Part shown: piece after piece, positions 56,154 through 64,000 of the stretch | Layout: the number at the start of each line of letters is the position of its first letter | How positions within the stretch are numbered: the stretch's first letter is position 1 | NCBI GenBank assembly: GCA_942492505.1 | Contig: CALOFD010000029.1 | Span: forward strand, 3,967 to 67,966 | Direction of reading: 5' to 3' | Origin: Thermoanaerobaculia bacterium | GTDB lineage: Bacteria > Acidobacteriota > Thermoanaerobaculia > Multivoradales > Multivoraceae | Length of the DNA: 64,000 bases | Notes under the pieces: model-generated | The model's input: only the letters and a program-made list of their open reading frames with translations | The model's database searches: none | What the model was told of the DNA's origin: nothing | Position numbers and translations under genes: made by a program

Positions 56154-59100
56154 TCAAGCGGTCCGCAGGGTGCCCGATTCGGTGTCGTCCGAAGACTCTT
56201 CGCCCGACAGTTCCGAAGACAGGGCCGGTCGGCTGCGCTTGAGTTCCTTCTCGGCCTGCCAGCGCTGCTCGACGGGCAGTTCTTCGAGCCAGCGGACCTC
56301 ACCGCCCGTCATGCAGGCGACGGCCAGACCGTCGCGGAACAGCAGGCGGTTGCCGGCCAGCGCCGGAACGCGGCTGCCGGGCATGAGAATCCCGACGAGG
56401 TTCAGGGGGTCGGCCGCCGAGATCGAGATCCAACGCGTCTGGTCCGGCTTCTGACGATGCTTGCGCAGGGCGGGAATGGCCTCGGGAAGCGCGAACTGCT
56501 CACCGGAAGGCCCGTTGACGAAACGTCCGCCACGGATCTCGCCGCGCGCTTCGAGCCGCCGCAACGCTCGCAGGAGGTCGCGCCACGGGGGCAGCCCGGT
56601 CTCGCGCTCGAGGATGGCTCGAAAGACGACGCCCCAGCGGCGCAGCAGGAGATGGGCCAGGGCTTCGAGATCCTCGGGCGCGCGGGCGGCCTGGATGTTC
56701 GGGCGGTGGAGCTGACGATGGTGCTTCCCCGCCGGCCGGCGAGTCGGTACCCGGGGCTTGCGGGGCCGAACCGGCATCCGAGTGCGACTCCGGGTGGAGG
56801 GTCAGGGCGGTCCAGCGTCCTGCGTCCTCCAGCCCGTAGGCGACCGTGCGTCGTCGACTGCCCGTGGACTTCTTCTTCGCTGCGGGCACGAGGAGCGCTC
56901 GTAGACCGAGGAAGCTGTCGGACGTCACCCGGCCCGCCGAGACGAGCTCCGAGATCACCGCCTCGAGCTGTGTGCCCAGCATTCCCGTGGGAGCGGCGAT
57001 GTCGTCGAAGAACGATGCGCCGTGGCGTTCGAGGAACTCGAGTACGCGGGCGGCGGCCGGTGAGAGCGAGGCTTGCGCACAGTCTGAGAGGCTGGCGAAG
57101 AGCGGCCCGTGTCGGCGCTGGATCAGCGCGATCGGAGTCGACCGGATCGGTCCCGCCCGCCCTTCTCCGCGCGCAGTCGCCGAGGGACTGCGTCGACGCC
57201 ACTGCAGCTTGCCGGCGATGCAGAGACCGTCGAGCCAGTCGGGGTCGTAGGCCTCGACCCGCTGGGGAAGGATCTCTTCCTCCCAACTGGCGGCGGGCAG
57301 TTCGAAACCTTCCAGCTGATGGACCACCGATTCGACGCCGCGCTGTCCGGTGGTGTGTTCTCCCGGCGAGACGTGCTGCCAGTCGAGCAGGAAGCGTTGG
57401 AAGGCGCTGCGCGAAACCGGCTGGATGGCCGCTCGCAGACGCTTGAGCGTGTAACGGTGGATGCGGGCCAGGAGGCGTCGTTCGCACCATTCGAGCGCCA
57501 GGTCCGCAGCGTGGGTTCGGGGAGTGAAGCGACCGCGCATGGCGAAGCCCTCCCCTTCGAGTTCGGCGAGCGCCGACTGAACGGCCGCCAGGGAAACTCC
57601 ACCGGCTCCTTCCCCGGACTCGAGAGGCGCATGCAGAGCGGCTTCGGCGACCGGGCCGAGGATCTCGAGGCGGCCGCGCAGGATCTCGCGCAGGGCTTCA
57701 CCCTCGCCGCCGACCCGGGAGAGCGAGCCGGGCAGATCGAGGGGCGGTTCGGCGGGGCTGCCCGGCAGGAGAGCTCGTAGCTCGGCGAAGCGCTCCGCGG
57801 CAACCCACAGGTCGCCATTCGGCTGGCGGAGCCTCGTCAGGCGACCCTGTTCCAGAAGCTCGGCGAGCCAGGGTCGCCAGTCGTCCTCGATCTCGACGTC
57901 GGTCAGGAAGCCGGCCAGCACCAGGGCGTCGTGGAGTTCGTTCTCATCGCGGGGATCGGGCCTCGACTCCTCCCGCACGCGGTCGATGGCGGCCTGGTCC
58001 AGCGCGCCGAGGTCGGAGGCCTCGTTGGGGTCGAGCCAGCGACGGCTGATCACCGCCTGGGTTCGACGCTCCTCGAGCGGCGCGTCGTCGAGGAAGGCGT
58101 AGGGTTTGGCGGTGAGGATCTCGGCGGTCAGCGGCGAGGGCTCAGTCAGATCGCGTGCGATCAGTTCGATCCTTCCAGCCCGCATGTCCTCGAGCAGCGC
58201 GATCAGGCCGTCGATGTCCATGGCCTCTTCGAGACAGTCGTCGATGGTCTGGTCGACGAGCGGGTGGTCGGGCACCTCGCGCTCGCCCTGGATGTTCTCG
58301 AGGCAGGCGAGCTGGTCGGGGAACACCACCGACACGAGATCGTCGGCGTTCATGCGCTGGAACTGCGGCGGCACCCGGCGCCCGCCGCGGAAGCGAAGGA
58401 TGGCGAGAGCGCGACCGGCGTTCCAACGCCAACGGACGTTGAACATCGGCGCGTCGAGCAGCGCCTGGGTGAGCACGTCTCGCACGGTGTCGGGGTGGAG
58501 GTACTGGAAGACCTCGTCGAGCGGGAAGCTGTGGGTCACGCCGAGCGACAGGATGATCGCGTCTTCGGTGGCCGCCGCCTGCAGCTCGAAGTTGAACTTG
58601 CGGCAGAAGCGCTTGCGAAGCGCCAGGCCCCAGGCGCGATTGATGCGGCTGCCGAAGGGTGAATGGACCACCACCTGCATGCCGCCGGACTCGTCGAAGA
58701 AGCGCTCGAGGATGACCCGCCTACGGGTCGGGATGGCGCCGAGTGTGCGCACCGCGGCGAGCAGGTAGTCGACGAGCTGCTGGGCCGGCCCCGCCGGCAG
58801 GCCGTGGCGTTCGCCGAGCCAGGCGACGGCGGCGTCGCGATCGACCTGCGCCCGTTCGGCGACCTCTTCCCGCAGGCGGCAGACGGCGTCTGAGAGTTCC
58901 TCGGAGCGCGCCGGCGCCTCGCCGAACCAGAACGGAATCGTCGGCGGCTGGCCGCGACCGTCTTCCACCCGCACCTTGCCGGGTTCGATCTTGAGGATGC
59001 GCCACGAGGCGTTGCCGAGCTGGAAGATGTTGCCGGCCATCGACTCGACCGCGAAGTCCTCGTTCACCGAGCCGACGCGGATCTCGCCCGGTTCGAGCAC

Positions 59101-59448
59101 CACGTCGTAGTCGGCGGTGTCGGGGATCGCTCCGCCGTTGGTGATGGCGGCGAGGCGAGCGCCGCGTCGTGGCCTCAGGGTGCCGTGCACCCGGTCGTGG
59201 TGCAGGTAGGCGCCCCTACGACCGTTGCGGGTGCTGAAGCCGTCGCGCAGCATGGCGACGATGCGGTCGAACTGCGAGCGTTCGAGGTGTCGGTACGGCC
59301 AGGCGCGGCGGCACATCGCGAACAACTCGTCCTCCTGGCGCTCGCCGCAGGCGATCTCGGCAACCAACTGCTGGGCCAGGATGTCGAGCGCCTGCTCGGG
59401 CACCAGGATGCGATCGAGGGTGCCCTCGCGGATCGCTTCCTGGAGCAG
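56154..59448 (-). pseudogene. lhr: Lhr-family helicase, 5'-truncated (ATPase core missing) and frameshifted near 56700
   Basis: LDILAQQLVAE, GGAIPDTADY, GSVNEDFA.ES, HSPFG.R.NRAWGLAL, EERRTQA and WC.RRLLARIH; C-terminal LLRRWGVVF...E.RGE.RGGRFV lies in a different frame. Confidence 0.88.
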
Positions 59449-60345
59449 CCGGACGTGCAGTTCGTGGCCGTCTGCGACGTCAAGGAAGTCCGCCGGAAGG
59501 CGGTCAAGATGATGGCCGACACGAAATACGGACAATCAGGACTGCGACACGTATCGCGACTTCCGCGACCTGCTGGACCGAGAGACATCGACGCGGTGCT
59601 GATCGCCACCGGGCCGAACTGGCATTGCACGGCCTCGGTCTACGCGGCCCGCGCCGGCAAGGACATGTACTGCGAGAAGCCCTGCACGAAGAACATCGCG
59701 CAGAGCCTGATGCTGGCCGAGACGATGCGGCGCACGGGCCGCGTCTTCCAGGCCGGCACGCAGCGGCGGAACCTGCCCCATTTCGCCTTCGCCTGCGACT
59801 GGCCCGCACCGGGCAGCTCGGCAAGCTGCAAAGGGTCCATGCCCACCCGGCCGGAATGAAGACATACAGTAGCGGCTGGCTGCCGGCGGAGCCTGAGCCG
59901 CCCAAGGAGCAGGTCGACTGGGACATGTATCTCGGTCCGGCGGCCTGGCGACCGTTCAACAAGAAGCTGCTTGACGGCTTCAACTTCGAGAAGGGCGGCG
60001 GTTTGGTCGGTGGCGGCGTGCTTGAATGGGGATCCCACTGCGTCGACCTCTGCCAGTGGGCGGCCGACGCCGATAGTACGGCCCCGGTCGAATACAACCC
60101 GCCGGAGAACGGCCGAACTGGTTGCCCGCTATGCCGACGGCGTCGAGCTGGTGATCCGCAACGACGGCTGGCTGCCGCTCGGTTCGTGCCCGGTGCGTTT
60201 CGAAGGCGAGACGGGCTGGGTCGAGGCGGGCGACAGCGGCAAGCTCGTCTTGAGTTCGCCCGAGCTGCTCGCCGGCCAAAAGGTGGCCGAGATCGGCGGC
60301 TACCCGGCCACGTTCCACGTGCGCGATTTCCTGATCTGCGTCCGG
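59437..60345 (+). pseudogene. Gfo/Idh/MocA oxidoreductase fragment (Planctomycete-like), truncated at both ends, multiple frameshifts
   Basis: FVAVCDV, DIDAVLIATG..WH, YCEKP, FQAGTQRR, VDWDMYLGP and EWGSHCVDLCQWA spread over several frames; the N-terminal GxGxxG is absent. Confidence 0.85.
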
Positions 60346-61893
60346 CGGGACGCTTCGCACTCCGTAGCAACGTTGCGGTTTGCGCGGCTGGTGGATCAGA
60401 GACCCGCAAGTTGTGCCGGCGGCAGCGGCGGTGCTCTGGGCAAGATCGGCGACGCCGCGAGACCCGGATGGCTCTCCGCCATGCATTGGCGTCGGCTTCC
60501 CTAGTCGCCGAAGTCCGTTCCGCGGTCGCAGAAGGCTGTGTTCTTTGCGCGGAGCGGCTGCATGCGAGCGGCAAGGCAACCGAGGCCGTCGAGATTTACG
60601 ACGAAGTCCGCCAAGCCGAGGTTCCCCCGCAGCGGATCATCGAGGCGACGCGCGGAGCCATTCTGGCACGCAACGAAGCAGGCATTCCTTTGCTGCTGGA
60701 GCTGTTGGGTACTGCGGAGGGGGGACTGTTCTACCTGGCTCTGAGCACGGCACGCGAATTTCCAGGTCACGAGATCGACCAAGCTCTGGCGGACGAGCTA
60801 GGCCGACTGGCGCCCTATCGCGCGGCGCTGACGATCGTGGCGATGGCCGATCGGCCCGAAACCGTGGTGTTACCCGCCATCTTGGCAGCCGCCGGTGACG
60901 GCCCGCACCCTGTCCGTTTGGCTGCCTTGCGAGCTTAGGCCGCGTGGGAGATGTCGGCGGCCTCCCCATTCTAATGACCGCCGCGCTGGGAAACGACGCC
61001 TCCCTTCAGCAAGCGGCCAAGCAGGCGATCGTCGAGCTCGAAGACGAACAAGTCGACGAAGAAATCGTGGGGCTGCTGTGCGCCGAAACGAGTCGCGATG
61101 CCTATCCGCTATTACTTGAACTCGTCGGCGCGCGGCGCATCGCTGCGGTGCCCGATCTTGTCAAAGCCCTGGATCACTCCGACGAGGATGTGCGTCACGC
61201 GGCACTCACGGCACTGGGCGAGACCATCTCGCTGAAGCGGCTTCCACTGCTCATATCTCAAGCCCTCGAACCGCGCTATGCCGAGGATCGCGTTGCGGCA
61301 GAAGCAGCCCTGCGGGCGGCCAGTGTTCGCATGCCGGACCGCGAGGAGTGTGCGGCCGAGTTGACAGCGGCGTTTGACGACGCTCCGGCCGCTGCCAAGA
61401 TTACTCTATTGCAGATCATCGCCGAGGTCGGAGGGACTCGGGCGCTCAGCACGCTGGCCGAAGCTGCCAAGAGCAGCGATCCGGAATTGCAGGACCAGGG
61501 AAGCCGGCTGCTCGGGACGTGGAACAACATCGACGCCGCGCCTGTGCTGCTGGATTTAGCGCAGCGGGCGCCGCAGCGGCGCTACCAAATCCGCGCGCTG
61601 CGCGGCTACATCGGTTTGGCTCGCAAGTTCAACATGCCTGCAGCCGAGCGGGTGGCGATGTGCCGCCAGGCAATCGACACCGCCAGCCGTGCCGACGAAA
61701 AGAAGCTCGCCTTGGAAGTGCTGACGCTTCGTCCAAGTGTGGCCGGACTCAAGCTGGCGCTGGCGGCTCGGAGGATCCGCAGGTAGACCAGGCGGCGACC
61801 GAAGCCGCCTTGGCGATTGCCCGCAGTATCAGCCGCCGAGGTGTCAACGTCAAGGAACTCCTTTCCGCCGCTGGTCTCGACGCCGCGCCATGA
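60346..61893 (+). pseudogene. HEAT/PBS-lyase repeat protein, 5'-truncated and frameshifted
   Basis: Repeated VRxAALxALG-type motifs; frame changes at ~60465, ~60935 (GCT TAG GC should read GCC TTA GGC) and ~61770. Confidence 0.75.
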
Positions 61894-62198
61894 AGCTGCT
61901 GGACGGCGCCCAGCGTTGGCTAACCGTTCCGCCACAGCGTCATTTTTTCGCTGCTCCTGCTCTGGGGAGTGCTATGTGTCTAACCTTGCATGCGCGGCGC
62001 GAGTGGGGGAGCAACGATCCCGATGCTTTCCCCGGCCCAGCAACAAGAGTTGGAGGCCGACAATTCAGCGGCCTTTCGGGCGAGTATCCGAGCGCACGAG
62101 TACCACATCTGTGATTCCCAGCGTACTGACAAAGGGGCGCGTGCTACGGCCCGATATCGGGGCCGGGTGACGTCCGGGACGGAATCCGATGTGTAAGA

Positions 62199-62945
62199 CT
62201 ATTCGGCGGCAGTCGACTTCGAAAAGCTGACTCGGCCGAAGTCCTGCGGAGCATGGAAGGCCGGACGGGGGGTCTTGCTGGGTGACCACTGGCTATGTTG
62301 GGGATTCGTTTTTCCGCCCAGCCGGTTCAGGTTGAGGTGCCAGACTTGATCGGCCGCTGGCGGTACGGACTTGGCGACGGAAGCGAAGTTCGCCAATGGA
62401 ATGGCAGCCTCCAAGACCCAGCGGCGATCGGTATCCGTGTCGTCGTTTAGTGTCCCATCGATCGTGACGGCGATCCGCACTCCTTTCGCGTTCCATCCTC
62501 TTTCAGTTCGACTCCGGGGCCGTCGGGATGGTGTTGATCTAAGAAAAGCTCCGCGAACGTTCATTTCGATGTTGAAGTAATTGTTGGGCTGGTCCGGGTT
62601 GGGCGCGGTGAAGACTTCAACGCAATCGTCGCGATAGACCGGAGAATCGCGTTCGGTGTGTTCACCGTAGATATGGGCATCGTGACAGACGAACGAGACA
62701 TAGAGATGGGTGTCGTCCCAGAGTAACTTCGCCTCGGTTTGCTCTTTCTTACCGGCTTCCCACCAAGCGAAACGAAAATCCCCCACGCTGCGTGCCGCTT
62801 GCCAATCGTCTTCGTCGAGACGCCCGTCGATGTCGATTTCGCCCGCAGCACGCTGGACGACGTAGCGGGGTGTGGCGGCCGTCTGAGCGTCGTCAAGCTG
62901 TGCAGGCGCGAAGGCGACGAAACACAAGGCAAATGACCAACTCAT
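62199..62945 (-). CDS. Secreted carbohydrate-binding family 9-like (DOMON-like) protein
   Basis: IDG.LDE.DW, T.AKLLWDD..LY, D.VEVF, YFNIE.N and W.LEAAIP; compensating indels at ~62500-62545. Confidence 0.78.
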   Translation of the reverse strand: MSWSFALCFVAFAPAQLDDAQTAATPRYVVQRAAGEIDIDGRLDEDDWQAARSVGDFRFAWWEAGKKEQTEAKLLWDDTHLYVSFVCHDAHIYGEHTERDSPVYRDDCVEVFTAPNPDQPNNYFNIEMNVRGAFLRSTPSRRPRSRTERGWNAKGVRIAVTIDGTLNDDTDTDRRWVLEAAIPLANFASVAKSVPPAADQVWHLNLNRLGGKTNPQHSQWSPSKTPRPAFHAPQDFGRVSFSKSTAAE

Positions 62946-63128
62946 GGTGAACTCTCCGGGCAACGGACAAACGAAGTGGCAGAGGCCGCCGGTCGATGGC
63001 CGACAGCAAGGTCGCATTCTAGCGAGTCGGCTAGCGTTTGGCCATTTCCGCGAGCGGACTATCACCGGCTTCGACCGGCTGGTTGCCCTAGCTCGCCTTC
63101 GCGCGTGTGACGCTGGCGTAGTTCTCAG

Positions 63129-64000
63129 CTACCGCGCCAGATTCTCCAGGAAGTCTACGTGGTTGCGGCCCCGGTTGCCGTTGTCGGGCACTGGTCGCCA
63201 CAGTTTTCCCACCAGATCGATGTCCCCGTCACCGTCGAGCATCGCCTGCCTGGGTTTCATGCGTCCCGAGGGCGTCAGCGAGAATCGTTCGCTCGATGAA
63301 TTTTGAACCGTCTCCGTTGACGTTTTCCCAAATTAACCAACGGTGGGGCGGCTCCGCTAGGTGTTCCATCTCGCCGGAAAAAATATCGAGATCGCCGTCC
63401 AGGTCAAAGTCCGCGAGTTGCAGAGAGTGGTACGGTCCGCGGCTTTCGCCATCGGACTGCGGGAGAATGTGCGGCCGCCAATTCGCTTGTCGCGGATCCT
63501 CGGGTGCCTCGAACCAGGCCACGCGTCCGCCCGGGATCTCGTTCTCGGTAAGGACGATATCAAGTCGACCATCCCGGTTGATGTCGGTAATCCAGCTGCG
63601 CGACGCGAGATAGTAGAAATAATGCTCCTGGCGATTCGCCCAGGCGATGCCGCAAAACTTGCGCTCTTTCCATTCCTGGCCCTGATGCTGGTTTTCGAGC
63701 CAAATCTGGCTGCGGACCAGATCAATATCACCATCATCGTCGATGTCAGCGGCGGCCAGTCCGGCATGCACACCCTGCCAAATCTCCTGCATCGGCCAAG
63801 GCCGCGTGTAGTCGTCGGTTGGGATCTGGTAAGAGCGCAAGCCACTCTTGTCGGACAGAGTGACAATCTCCTCTCGCCCATCGCCATTGAGGTCGGCCGC
63901 AACGATATCGTGCACCTTCTCGAGTTGGTCAGCAAAGACATGTCGAGGCCACGGTTCTGTCTTCGGATCCAGCGGCTGTTGGTACCAGGCGCCGCCGGTT
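63129..64000 (-). CDS. FG-GAP/VCBS repeat protein, 5' end outside window, frameshift near 63240
   Basis: Repeated DxNxDGxxD(I/L) motifs (ADLNGDG, ADIDDDGDID, DINRDG, ADFDLDGDLD); the tail DGDGDIDLVGK...FLENLAR* is in another frame. Confidence 0.82.

Noticed and set aside
59449-59535. Novel N-terminus on Lhr (MSVFRVGHHLD...)
   Set aside because: It is the antisense reading of the oxidoreductase fragment across the junction.
61890-62196. Small membrane protein downstream of the HEAT gene (ATGA overlap)
   Set aside because: It needs several frame corrections in an indel-rich region and has no recognisable motif.
1-64000. Many long Arg/Pro/Gly-rich overlapping ORFs in the track; mobile elements or prophage
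   Set aside because: Overlapping ORFs are expected shadows in high-GC DNA. No transposase, integrase, terminal inverted repeat, att site or phage structural gene was recognised.

Overview
High-GC bacterial chromosomal window of about 55 mostly accessory or housekeeping protein genes. I found no rRNA, tRNA, CRISPR array or transposase. Bases 1 to ~59440 look like one genome, probably Acidobacteriota (inferred from tandem Acidobacterial-type VWA proteins, one with a GWxTD-like N-terminus). This part carries an MMPL transporter, typA, an MlaEFD/PqiC-type MCE operon, an ExeA/ExeB-like pair, many hydrolases and lhr. At ~59437-59448, lhr (minus strand) and a Gfo/Idh/MocA oxidoreductase (plus strand) are both cut at their 5' ends and joined head-to-head. 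Beyond this point the DNA is more AT-rich, Planctomycete-like and full of indels, most likely a chimeric or low-coverage contig end. The best candidate for a new system is at 41341-45613. An unannotated ribbon-helix-helix gene has a perfect palindrome over its extended -10 and an apparently leaderless start. It heads a stripped-down chemosensory operon: CheW, a CheA lacking P2/P3/REC, and REC-GGDEF-EAL, with no receptor, CheR or CheB. Other notable items are a cytochrome P460/c'-beta fused to a YHS domain, an SGNH protein that has lost S, N and H and is translationally coupled to a K+ channel, an arylsulfotransferase/sulfatase pair with altered active sites, and a triple hairpin repeat upstream of the MMPL gene. 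Product calls come from motif recognition by eye; no database searches were run.
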